Shown here: in pieces, positions 1-8,656 of the stretch
Layout: each line of letters begins with the position of its first letter
How positions within the stretch are numbered: the stretch's first letter is position 1
Assembly: GCA_963809895.1 (NCBI GenBank)
Contig: CAWELD010000003.1
Span: 3,232,001-3,296,000 of the forward strand
DNA length: 64,000 nt
Source: an uncultured Gemmatimonadales bacterium
Lineage (GTDB): Bacteria > Gemmatimonadota > Gemmatimonadetes > Longimicrobiales > Gaopeijiaceae
Reading direction: 5' to 3'
Notes under the pieces: generated by a model
The model's database searches: none
The model's input: only the letters and a program-made list of their open reading frames with translations
Told to the model about the DNA's origin: nothing
Made by a program: the position numbers and the translations under genes

Positions 1-680
1 CCCACGCCTTGCACCTGCGTGAGCACCCTCGTCTCCGGATAGTTCGTGCGCGCCAGCTCCTCGATCCAGCGATCCATCTCTCTGATCTGCGACGTGAGCT
101 CGGCGATCGTGTCGAGGACCGGGAGCAACGCCGCGTACAGCGGTTCGGGGATATCCTCCTCGACCTTCCAGTGGAAGCTCTCCGTCGAGCAGGGCGGCAA
201 CCGACCACCCATCGCCTTGACGGTCGAGCGCATGTGATTGACCAGCGCCGTCCGGGCCTCGACCAGGGCGCTCCGGGACCGGATCACCGCCAGGTCCGCC
301 TGCGCGTCCTCGCTCCGGTGGATGACCGGTGCCAGTAGCTTCGGATCGAGCCGTCCGACCCGAGCCAGGTACTCGGCATCGGCGCGGTCGCTCTTCTGAT
401 CGTTCTCGTAGATGAACCGGAGCTTGCGAGGATTGGCGACGATCACCTCGTGGCCCAGGCCGTGGAGCAGCCGACTGATCCACGGCGAGTGGGGCCCCAC
501 CTCGAGAACCACCCGCGTCGGCTCCTCGCGCTCGAACCGACGGGTCAGCGCCGGCGCCGAGGTCGAGAGCCGCGATTCCTCGACCACCTCGCCCGACGCG
601 TCCACCACGCACAGGTGACTCACTCGGTCGCTCACGTCCAATCCGATTGTCCGCTCCGGTGCCTTCGCCGTATCTTGCAT
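1..680 (-). CDS. IS110-family (DEDD) transposase, 5' part; runs off the window start
   Basis: Manual minus-strand translation from ATG at 680 (RBS GGAGG upstream): MQDTAKAPERTIGLDVSDRVSHLCVVDASGEVV...VVLEVGPHSPW...VANPRKLRFI...KSDRADAEYLAR. This gives the DEDD RuvC-like catalytic pattern. Absent from the ORF track because it is open at the edge. Confidence 0.9.
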   Translation of the reverse strand, partial: MQDTAKAPERTIGLDVSDRVSHLCVVDASGEVVEESRLSTSAPALTRRFEREEPTRVVLEVGPHSPWISRLLHGLGHEVIVANPRKLRFIYENDQKSDRADAEYLARVGRLDPKLLAPVIHRSEDAQADLAVIRSRSALVEARTALVNHMRSTVKAMGGRLPPCSTESFHWKVEEDIPEPLYAALLPVLDTIAELTSQIREMDRWIEELARTNYPETRVLTQVQGV

Positions 681-682
681 TC

Positions 683-780
683 GGCCAACCTCCGTGCCTT
701 GGGCTTCGAGCCCGCTTCTAGTTTGGGGCGCCCGAAAGGGTAACCCCGACTCCGCCGGGGGTTGGCCTTCTCATTTCATC
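683..780 (-). ncRNA. Candidate IS110 bridge-RNA-like structured leader
   Basis: GGCCAACC (683-690) and GGTTGGCC (760-767) close a stem that contains sub-hairpins GGGCTTCGAGCCC and CCC-GAAA-GGG. IS110 elements are known to encode guide RNAs in non-coding ends. Confidence 0.45.
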
Positions 781-793
781 CCACGAGCAGCTG

Positions 794-838
794 GAAGACC
801 CTGGCGGAGCGGGCGGCACTCAGCGTCACCTGCGAGTG
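794..838 (+). repeat. Conserved intergenic motif copy A (CTGGC-N20-TCACCTGCGA), promoter-like
   Basis: Near-identical to 30689-30733 (3 mismatches in 45 bp). Lies ~40 bp upstream of the first cassette G|TT site. Confidence 0.8.
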
Positions 839-1052
839 AGCGGTTGGGACGGGGGCCGGTTCGGAGGCCCTAGAACGTTATCAGCCATTGCCCGGACGAG
901 AGGATCGCGGGAGCGTGAGTGAGGCATGCTGCGCGCCGCGCGCCTCTGGCCGGGTGCGGCCCGGAGGTCGAGGATCTTGCGAGCATGAGTGCCCGGAGCA
1001 AGTGTTGGCGAACGAGGAGGGCCCTCCCGAGCGAGTGAGGGGTAATCAAAGC

Positions 1053-1280
1053 ATGAACTACCGAGACCGAATCACCATCGAACCAGGCAAGCGGAGCGGC
1101 AAGCCGTGTATCCGTGGCATGCGGATCACGGTTTCGGACGTGCTCGACTACCTGGCGTCCGGGATGACGGAGGACGAGATCCTGGCGGAGTTCCCAGATC
1201 TCGAGAAGGACGACATCAAGGCGGCTCTTGCGTTCGCAGCGGACCGGGAGCGTCGGTTGATGTCGGTGCCTCCAGCATGA
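1053..1280 (+). CDS. DUF433 family antitoxin
   Basis: MNYRDRITIEPGKRSGKPCIRGMRITVSDVLDYLASG...DIKAALAFAA is a classic DUF433 sequence. Confidence 0.92.
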   Translation: MNYRDRITIEPGKRSGKPCIRGMRITVSDVLDYLASGMTEDEILAEFPDLEKDDIKAALAFAADRERRLMSVPPA

Positions 1281-1284
1281 TCCT

Positions 1285-1617
1285 GTGAAGCTCCTTTTCG
1301 ATCAGAATCTCGCTCCCCGCTTGGCTCGCGATCTCGCCGACATCTTCCCGGGCTCGGTGCACGTTCGTGGCCTGGGAATGGCACAGGCCTCGGATCGACA
1401 GATCTGGGATCACGCGAGAGAGGAGGGCTTCGTGATCGTGTCGAAGGACAACGACTTCCAGCAAATGAGCTTCGTATTCGGCGCTCCGCCGAAGGTCATC
1501 TGGATCCGCCGCGGGAACTGCAGTGTGGAAGAATCCGCAGGGGTCCTGCGGGAGAACGCAGCTCGGATAGGCGAGTTCGAGATCGATCAAGTGGCTACCT
1601 ACCTTGTCCTGTCCTGA
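1285..1617 (+). CDS. DUF5615 PIN-like toxin (VapC45-like)
   Basis: MKLLFDQNL...D..IW..A....IVSKDNDF...GAPPKVIWIR; directly follows DUF433. Confidence 0.9.
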   Translation: MKLLFDQNLAPRLARDLADIFPGSVHVRGLGMAQASDRQIWDHAREEGFVIVSKDNDFQQMSFVFGAPPKVIWIRRGNCSVEESAGVLRENAARIGEFEIDQVATYLVLS

Positions 1618-1630
1618 CAGACGGCAACGG

Positions 1631-1734
1631 CTGATAACAGGCTGGGTTGCCACTCGCGTCGGCCTGCGGCCGGTGCGGCCCTTCGGGACACCCGCCCCGC
1701 GGGCGGGCGTCGGGAACCGCCGGAACGTTATCTG
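1631..1734 (+). repeat. attC-like recombination site 1
   Basis: R'' CTGATAAC lies 14 bp after the stop codon and R' GTTATCT at 1727. Inner pairing GGTT(G)CC/GGAACC has one extrahelical base. R'' is complementary to the cassette start GTTATCAG at 877. Confidence 0.75.
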
Positions 1735-1790
1735 AAGCTGGCTTCGCAACCCCCACTCACGCGTCGCGACGGGAACTGACTCGGAGGCTC

Positions 1791-1819
1791 TGGCGTAAGT
1801 ATACCAGTATCGGTATACT
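1791..1819 (+). promoter_or_regulatory. Sigma70-like promoter with palindromic operator for the TA operon (probably leaderless mRNA)
   Basis: TGGCGT-N17-TATACT; inverted repeat AGTATACC/GGTATACT (1798-1819); ATG 6 nt after the -10. Confidence 0.7.
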
Positions 1820-1824
1820 CGTTC

Positions 1825-2193
1825 ATGAGTGACGCGACGCCCAAGCCGGTGTTCTGGCTCGGATCGGCCCGATCGGACCTACGCTCGTTCCCGGAGGAGG
1901 TCCGCACGGACGTGGGCTTCGCCCTCTGGGTGGCACAACGGGGTGGACGGCCCGCCCAAGCGAAGACGCTCAAGGGAATCGTCTCCGGTGCGGGCGTGCT
2001 CGAGCTGGTCGAGCGCCACGACGGGGACACCTATCGGGTGGTGTACACAGTACGGTTCGCGGATGCCGTGTACGTACTCCACGCATTCCAGAAGAAGTCG
2101 AAGCGCGGAATCAAGACGCCGAAGCATGAGATCGACCTGATTCGGTCGCGGCTCAAGGCCGCGGAAGAGCACTACGGTGGGAGCGGACGATGA
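1825..2193 (+). CDS. RelE/HigB (Gp49-like) toxin
   Basis: W.GSARSDLRSFP...GDTYRVVYTVRF..AVYVLHAFQKKSK.GIKTP. Confidence 0.9.
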   Translation: MSDATPKPVFWLGSARSDLRSFPEEVRTDVGFALWVAQRGGRPAQAKTLKGIVSGAGVLELVERHDGDTYRVVYTVRFADAVYVLHAFQKKSKRGIKTPKHEIDLIRSRLKAAEEHYGGSGR

Positions 2194-2519
2194 CCAAGGA
2201 CCAGATCGAGGAGAGTTCGGGGAACGTATTCGCGGACCTAGGTCTCGCCGAGGCGGAAGAACTCCATACAAAGGCTCAGCTTGCGCATCGGATCGGCGAG
2301 ATCGTTCGCGGTCGCCACCTCACGCAGGCCGAGGCTGCGGACGTGCTTGGTGCGACGCAGCCGATCGTCTCGAGGCTGATGCGTGGCCAGCTGCACGGAT
2401 TCTCGCTAGAGCGTCTCATGCGGTTCCTCAACGCTCTGGACCGCGACGTTGAGATCGTGGTCCGGCGCCGGCCACGGAGTCGAGATCACGGCGAGACACG
2501 GGTGAAGGTCACCGGCTGA
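2190..2519 (+). CDS. HigA-like XRE/HTH antitoxin
   Basis: SSGNVFADLGL...LTQAEAA..LG.TQP.VS.L..G....FSLERL; ATGA overlap with the toxin. Confidence 0.9.
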   Translation: MTKDQIEESSGNVFADLGLAEAEELHTKAQLAHRIGEIVRGRHLTQAEAADVLGATQPIVSRLMRGQLHGFSLERLMRFLNALDRDVEIVVRRRPRSRDHGETRVKVTG

Positions 2520-2610
2520 CCCGTCGAGTAACGACAGTCACCCGCTTGGAGAGACGCCCGAGTTGGGTTCGTTTCAGCCGCTCTGGTTCTCCGACCAGCG
2601 AAGCCATCAA

Positions 2611-2703
2611 CAGATAACTCCAGGCTCCCGGCTCCGCACCGCTGAACGCGGCGCTCCGTCCCAACTGGCCTCGGCCGTCTCTCCGGTGAGCCTCATGTTG
2701 TCC
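2611..2703 (+). repeat. attC-like recombination site 2
   Basis: R'' CAGATAAC is complementary to the cassette start GTTATCTG (1727). Stem AGGCTC-CCGG / CCGG(T)GAGCCT; R' GTTGTCC at 2697. Confidence 0.75.
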
Positions 2704-2717
2704 GGGAGGGCTGAGCC

Positions 2718-2948
2718 ATGAACGACGAGTCTACAAAGGATGAGGTGGTCGAGGAGTTGAACCGATTGGCCGAAGCCGATCGGCGTCGGGTCCTGGACTA
2801 CGCTCGTTCACTCGGCCGCCGCGTCTCGAAGGGCGTGGCCGGCGACTCACTTCTGTCGTTGGCTGGGTCGTTACCAGAGGCGGAGGCATCGGCCATGGAG
2901 GCGGCCATTGAGGATGGGTGTGAGCGAGTGAACCTCGGTGCCTGCTAG
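2718..2948 (+). CDS. Putative antitoxin (VapB-like)
   Basis: Small ORF with RBS, overlapping a downstream PIN gene. Confidence 0.7.
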   Translation: MNDESTKDEVVEELNRLAEADRRRVLDYARSLGRRVSKGVAGDSLLSLAGSLPEAEASAMEAAIEDGCERVNLGAC

Positions 2949-3324
2949 GGCACTTCTCGATACGAGTGCTGTCGTCGGGCTCCTGCGCGGCGATACGTCT
3001 GCAGTAAAGAAGGTCTGATCTCTGGACGAGGCATTCACGAGCATCGTGGTAATCGGCGACTCCTTTACGGAGCTCGCCTCTCGACGGGTGCAGAAACGAA
3101 CCTGGCGCTGGTTGCCTCGTTTGCGTCGTCGATCACCGTCCTCGCCTGCGACCGCGTGACGGCGGAAGCGTACGCACGTCTGAAGCATGGCCTGCGAGCC
3201 AAGGGGCGTCCGATCCCGGATAACGACCTATGGATCGCGGCCACGGCGGCGCGAGCGTGGTGACCCTCATCTCACGCGACGCGCACTTCGTGGTATCGAG
3301 GAACTCGGCCACGAGTCCGTGTAG
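2938..3324 (+). pseudogene. VapC PIN toxin, multiply frameshifted
   Basis: ALLDTSAVV... and LRAKGRPIPDNDLWIAATA...LISRDAHF lie in different frames. Confidence 0.8.
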
Positions 3325-3471
3325 GCCTCGAGCTTCATAAACGGGACGTTACGCGAAAACCGACACCGACCGGAGAGACGTGGCGTTCAGGAGTCGAACG
3401 CTGCAGCGTAGGGTATGGGGTGAAGGTCGGAACTGGGTGGGCTCGCGCCAACTGGTTGATTTGGAGGACGG

Positions 3472-3700
3472 ATGTCGGAGCGAATCGTCTCGGACCCTGA
3501 GATTATGCTTGGTAAGCCCGTGGTCCGTGGCACTCGGATCACGGTGAGAGCATCGTCGAGCGACTCGGAGCCGGCGAATCGGTTCAGGCGATCGTCGATG
3601 CCCATCTACGCCTCACGCGACAAGACGTCCTCGCTGCGATCGCCTTTGCTGCTGAGGCACCAAGTCGGTGGGTGCATACCGGATTTCCACCGGCGCCGCG
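3472..3700 (+). pseudogene. Second DUF433 antitoxin, frameshifted
   Basis: MSERIVSDPEIMLGKPVVRGTRITV followed by frame breaks. Confidence 0.8.
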
Positions 3701-3920
3701 TGAAGCTCCTCTGCGACGAGGGAGTCGAACGCCATATCGTCGACGCTCTGCGCTCGTCCGCTCACGAGGTCACCTACGTTGCCGAGATCGCTCCAGCATC
3801 CCAGCGGAGGTCCTCCGGCGGGCCGCCGAGCGGGAGGCCATCCTGGTCACCTCTGACAAGGACTTCGGTGAACTCGTCTACCGGCAGGGACGAGCGCACG
3901 CAGGTATTGTCCTGCGGGAC
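3700..3920 (+). pseudogene. Second DUF5615 PIN-like toxin, frameshifted and truncated
   Basis: MKLLCDEGV...HEVTYVAE / EVLRRAAEREAILVTSDKDFGELVYRQG. Confidence 0.8.
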
Positions 3921-4175
3921 TGGGATGGAGTCCGAGCGCTCTTCTACCCGAGCGCCCTTCTTCATAGCGAACTGACCTTGCCGGACAGGAGCCACCAGTC
4001 CGGGACTTGGACGGCTCTCCGGACTCTGATCCCGTGGGGCGCGGCATCAATGCCGTACATCTTCTGCGCCGGGACGGGGCGTGGCGCATCACCGGCCTCA
4101 TCTTCCAGATGGAGAGAGGCACGGCCGGGATTCCAGATCGCTACCTCTGACCTGCGGGTACCTGGACACGGGCCG

Positions 4176-4244
4176 CCGTAACGGATAGGCGAGGCGAGGG
4201 GGAGGAACTCGTTGCGAACTCCGGTTCGCGCGCACACGTTGGCC
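4176..4244 (+). repeat. Possible degenerate attC site
   Basis: CCGTAAC ... GTTGGCC; R'' partly matches GTTACG at 3348; inner pairing is weak. Confidence 0.3.
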
Positions 4245-4335
4245 GGGCTCAGTAATCCCGATCGTCCGTCCGGCTGGACGCCGCAGCCAATGGAGAGAGG
4301 CCATTCGTAGATCGTATCGTTCGATCCTGATCCTG

Positions 4336-5001
4336 GTGATGGGGCTGAGTCCGGCCGTGGTGCTTCCAGCGCGGGCCAATGCTCAGGCCGCAGAGCGGAA
4401 TGCCGCGATCGTAGAGCATTGGGTCAACCAGTCCTTGGCTGGCGACCTTTCCGGAGCGGACACCCTCCTCGCTGCGCACGTCACGTTGCACGCCGTCCCC
4501 GGCACGACCACGAGGACTCGTCGCGCCTTCCTCGATTTCCTCAGCAACGGTGTTGCGGAGGGCGGCAGGCTTCAGGTTAGCCAGATCGAGGTGTTCGGAG
4601 AGGGCGACGAGGTTTGTGTCCTGTATTCGGCTGACGGCCATGACGGTCCGGTGAGCGCGGTCCGGTTCTATCGTGTCGTGGATGAGCGAATTGCCGAAGC
4701 CTGGTGGGGGCCATCGGCTGAAGTACGCTGGTCTTGGGACAACGAGCTCAATGGTGACCTCGATGTCCAAGCGAACCGGCAGGTCCTGGCCCGCTGGTAC
4801 GAGGACGTCTACGCTGAGGGGGACTGGCAGCTGGTTCCTGACCTCGTTGGCCCGACCTTCCTGCGCCATGAGGACCGGGAGTTCTCCAGGGCCCGGAAGA
4901 GTACCGTGACCGTCTCAGCCGCATGTTTGGAAGCTGCTCTGAGGCTCAGGTATGAAGTAGTGGGGACACGACAAGGTCGCCGTCATCGGGAGAGTACCTG
5001 A
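4336..5001 (+). CDS. SnoaL/NTF2-like domain protein, likely frameshifted at the 3' end
   Basis: Repeated N..IV..W / N..VL.RWYEDVY..GD...V.DL pattern. Confidence 0.5.
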   Translation: MMGLSPAVVLPARANAQAAERNAAIVEHWVNQSLAGDLSGADTLLAAHVTLHAVPGTTTRTRRAFLDFLSNGVAEGGRLQVSQIEVFGEGDEVCVLYSADGHDGPVSAVRFYRVVDERIAEAWWGPSAEVRWSWDNELNGDLDVQANRQVLARWYEDVYAEGDWQLVPDLVGPTFLRHEDREFSRARKSTVTVSAACLEAALRLRYEVVGTRQGRRHREST

Positions 5002-5250
5002 TGGGAGGGGGTTCCTTCAGGCCTGGCGCGTTCGTGACGGCCGCCTTGTGGAGAGTTGGTGGGCGCCGGGTCTTGCTGAATGGTGAACCTCGTGCGGGGC
5101 GGCCATCGCTGGCACCGCCTGACCAGGGTTTCAGCCTCACGGCGGAGGCCGGAGGGTCGGCTGGTTGTTCGGCTTGCACCTACAACCGCCGCTGCGCATG
5201 TTGCTCCCGCGCGTTGAACCCCAAGTCTTCAGGCGGCGGAGGACGTCGAC

Positions 5251-5714
5251 TTGAGTGCCGAGAACAAGAAGGATTCGCGCTGGCTCGAGATCCTTGGAGT
5301 GGTCACCGTCATCGTGTCCGTTCTGTTGCTCGCATGGGAAATCCGGCAGAACACGCAGACGGCAACGGCTCAGGCGATGCTCGACCTCAACACGATGGCG
5401 AACGAAGTGCTGAGTGCTGAAGCCCAGAGCGCGCAGTTGGCTGCGGTGCTGGTGAAAGGAGAGGAAGATCTGGGTTCCCTGTCACCGGTGGAGTACCGGC
5501 AGTTTCAATCCCACGTATATGCGTCGATAAATGCAATCAAGGCTGCACACGGCTTCTTCACTCAGGGTATCCTGGACGAAGAAGACTTTTCAGGGTGGAG
5601 GACTATACCTGCCCCTACCTGGGCGGTTCCTCCGTCAATGCGATATAGGAGTCTTTCAAGCCCACATGGGGGACTGAGTTTGTAGCCTTCGTGGAGGAGA
5701 CCTGCGGGCTTTGA
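5251..5714 (+). pseudogene. Hypothetical membrane-anchored protein (E-I-R-Q-N-T family), paralog 1, 3' frameshift
   Basis: WLEILGVVTVIVSVLLLAWEIRQNT. Confidence 0.6.
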
Positions 5715-5874
5715 TCGCGGCGAACTAGGTACCAGCGCCGCCTGACCATGGAGAACCCGCCGGCTGGGGACATCCAGCGGCTGCTGCCGTCCTCCCTCGA
5801 GCCAGAGCTCGCTACGAGTCGAAACCACTCGCTCTGACGCCCCGCTAGGCGGCACAATCCAATGAGATTCCCCC

Positions 5875-6340
5875 ATGACGAAGCGGAACCTGTCCGAATC
5901 GCTGCACCTGCTCGCCAACCTGGGCGTCATCGCCAGCATCGTGTTCCTCGGCGTCGAACTCAGCAGAACAACCAGCTGATGGAGATGGAGGCGCGAGCGA
6001 CCCTCACGGAAAACCTGCAGGACGGCTGGTACCAGCTGTCCAGCGATCCGGGCCTCACGGAGTTGTTCATCAAGGACCGGAGCGGCCAGGAGCTGTCCGA
6101 GGCTGACGAAATGCGTCTCAACGCCTACTGGATGGGGATGCTGCTGCGCCGCGAGTGGCAGCACGAGCATTTTCCCGACGCCGTGACGGCATGGCCGGCC
6201 TGCAACGCCTCTTTTCGACCTACGGCTCCCTGCGCCGGGCATGGGGTGGCACCAACAGCGCCTCGCGTGGGGCGGGCAAGGACAACTTCTCTCCGGAGTT
6301 CGTGCGTTTCATCGAGACAGAGATCCTGCCCGCGTCCTGA
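5875..6340 (+). pseudogene. Same family, paralog 2, frameshifted
   Basis: MTKRNLSESLHLLANLGVIASIVFLGVEL/QNNQLM, split across frames. Confidence 0.6.
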
Positions 6341-6387
6341 GCAGTGGAGACCTTCTTCAGTCAAGACCAGCCGGAGGTGACCGGGCG

Positions 6388-6848
6388 ATGGCAATAGGGA
6401 TGACAGGATGGAAGGAAGTGATAGCAGCTCTCGGAGTCGTCCTCTCACTCGTGTTTGTCGGCTTCGAGGTTCGGCAGAACACGAGGGATCCCAGGCTACG
6501 GTACGCAATGATCTGGCTACGGCATCTCGGGAGTACCTGCTCGCGCAGGCGACAAGCCCTGAGTTGAGCGCCGCCTACGAACTCTGGCTCAGCGGTGGAG
6601 AGATAGCCCGGTTCAAGACCGGATGGTGATGACCTCCACCATGGCCTTGATTCGCAACATCGAGAACGTCTTCCTCCAAGCGGAATTGAGGAGCATCAGA
6701 CTCTGACGTTGTCGGGTCGTTTGAGCCATGAGAGCCCCGATCTTTCAGTCTGAGAAGTTTCGACAGTTCTGGGAATCAGGGACCAGGGGCAGCGTAGACC
6801 CCGGATTCGCGGAGGCCTTTGGTACGGCGAACGGGTATTAGGGCCTGA
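6388..6848 (+). pseudogene. Same family, paralog 3, frameshifted
   Basis: WKEVIAALGVVLSLVFVGFEVRQNT followed by frame breaks. Confidence 0.55.
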
Positions 6849-6860
6849 AAGGGAGACCTG

Positions 6861-7625
6861 GTGGCGAATTCTGCTCACACACATCGACGAGGGCACCCTC
6901 TGCTGGTCGAGGGCATCGTCATTCTTGCCAGTATTCTGGTGGCTTTCTGGTTGGATGGATGGCGTGCAGACCGTGAAATGGATCGCGATCTCACCCAGGA
7001 GTTGGAAAGCGTCTACCGCGAGGTCCAACGGAACCGGGACCTGGTGGTCGCCGAGTTGATCGTCCTCAACCGACTCACGGCGAGCGCGGATGCGCTGTTG
7101 GCTGACCTCAGCGCCAGCCCACGATCATCGACGATGGCGGTCACGGATTCGATCGCCTGGCTCGCAACGTCCTGGTCCGCGACCATCGATCCTTCACTGG
7201 GCGCCGTGCAAGCCATGATCGACTCGGGCCGGCTGGCCCAGGTCCCCAACCCCCGGCTCCGGCAGGGCCTCGCGGGGCTGAGGGATCAGTTCGAGGACGC
7301 CGTCGAAGAGGAGGTGTTGGCCCGCGAGGTATTCAGCAATCAGATATTTCCGCTGACTCGGGACCGCTTGGACTATCAAGCCTTCGGCGCACTCTTGCCG
7401 CAGCTCCTGGGACCAGCGAGTGGCGGCAGGCTGAGTCAGGAGAGCTTGTCCAAGCGGTCGTTTCCCACCCAAGGAACGATCGAGTACCCGAACAGCCCTG
7501 CCATTCGCAATGCCTTGGAGTTGAGGAGGGAATGGAACGTCGCGGCTCAAGATGAGATGGCCCAGCTGAAGATCGTCCTGAATGAACTTCTTACGGCCCT
7601 GGAAGACGAGTTGGCGGATCAATGA
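6861..7625 (+). CDS. Hypothetical N-terminally anchored helical protein (DUF6090-like)
   Basis: LLVEGIVILASILVAFWLDGW; paralogs at 12569, 14186 and 61883. Confidence 0.7.
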   Translation: MANSAHTHRRGHPLLVEGIVILASILVAFWLDGWRADREMDRDLTQELESVYREVQRNRDLVVAELIVLNRLTASADALLADLSASPRSSTMAVTDSIAWLATSWSATIDPSLGAVQAMIDSGRLAQVPNPRLRQGLAGLRDQFEDAVEEEVLAREVFSNQIFPLTRDRLDYQAFGALLPQLLGPASGGRLSQESLSKRSFPTQGTIEYPNSPAIRNALELRREWNVAAQDEMAQLKIVLNELLTALEDELADQ

Positions 7626-7650
7626 TCTTTCCCGTCGCACAGATTTCGGC

Positions 7651-7717
7651 TCTCCAACAAGTTTTCGCGGCTCTGGCGCCGGACGTTGCAGGTGAATGTT
7701 CGAACATGCCGTTGGAA
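7651..7717 (+). repeat. attC-like site
   Basis: TCTCCAAC 26 bp after a stop codon, GTTGGAA at 7711; 67 bp in total; short TTCG/CGAA inner pairing. Confidence 0.5.
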
Positions 7718-7755
7718 AGACATCGGGGTGGGCACTTCGGCTGGGTGGACGTGAC

Positions 7756-8506
7756 ATGAAACCGGAACTGGGCCTCGGACGATGGGCAGGCGGAGCGGCG
7801 ACGGCTGTTGCGCTGGTCATGACCGGCTGTCAGGCCGGAGGCGATGGGCCAAGAGAACCCGAATCGACCGCCCTCGACCTGGTTCTGGAGCCGGTGACAG
7901 TAATCGGTGAGATCGAGGGGCCGGCGGACTACGTGTTTGGAGATGTGCGTGCCGTTGCGGTCGACGATCAGGGCCACGTCTACGTAGGAGCCCGGATCGG
8001 AGCAACGGTTCGGGTCTACTCAGCGCGAGGGGAGTTCATCACCGGCGGAGCTGTCTAGCGACACGCTGATGGTGCCATACTACGCGGGGATGGAGGCGCA
8101 GCGCACGGCGTTCGATCTCATCGGGCAGTCGAACGGCCGCATCGTCGAGGGACTGAGCCACATGCCGTTCGCAGCTGTTCCCACGTGGGACGTATCCGGC
8201 CGAGGAACGGTCCTTAGCACGGACGGAGACAGTGGTGACCTCTTGGAGTCGACCTTTGGAGGCGACACCGTCGGCGTCCTGGCGTTGGCGAGCAGCCCCC
8301 GCCGCCCCATCCCCCCGGCGGAGCGCGCCGACAGCCTGAAGGCCTTGGAGGCCCGCATCGATTCGCTTCCCGTCCCGCTGGACGAGGTCGTGAACCTCGG
8401 GAGGGGTGTCGCTGATCGGCATCTCCCGGAGTTCCTCCCGACGACGGTATCCTTGCGGGTCGCGACAGGTGGCCTGATTTGGGTAGAGCGGTGGCCCCAA
8501 CATTGA
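7756..8506 (+). pseudogene. 6-bladed beta-propeller lipoprotein, internally deleted or broken
   Basis: Signal peptide ending LVMTGC, then IGEIEGPADYVFGDVRAVAVDDQG; C-terminal part is in a separate ORF (8069-8506). Confidence 0.65.
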
Positions 8507-8518
8507 GGCTCCGACGTC

Positions 8519-8642
8519 TTCCAACACGGTGCCGAGAGACTCGCGCGGTAGGTAGGTGGGCTGCATGTGCCTCTTGAACTCATATGCCCCGTACCAGATT
8601 TCGAAAACAGCTTGGTGAAGTGCGGCAAGCGTGCCGTTTCCT
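8519..8642 (+). repeat. Possible attC site closing the 7711 cassette
   Basis: TTCCAAC R'' with extended complementarity to 7711-7726; candidate R' GTT at 8636; TGCCG/CGGCA pairing. Confidence 0.35.
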
Positions 8643-8656
8643 CAGGGAGCTATCCG

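Larger units (their letters stand above)
1..780 (-). mobile_element. IS110-family insertion sequence (left end near 780, approximate)
   Basis: Transposase plus a ~100-bp structured non-coding leader. The end position is inferred, not proven. Confidence 0.75.

Noticed and set aside
801..835. Repeated motif read as a sigma54 promoter or as an attC
   Set aside because: There is no TTGC at -12 spacing after TGGC, and no L-box hairpin or downstream GTT in most copies.
3214..3224. TCCCGGATAAC partly complementary to the cassette-3 start GTTGTCCGGGA
   Set aside because: It lies inside the conserved IPDND coding motif of the PIN toxin; likely coincidence.
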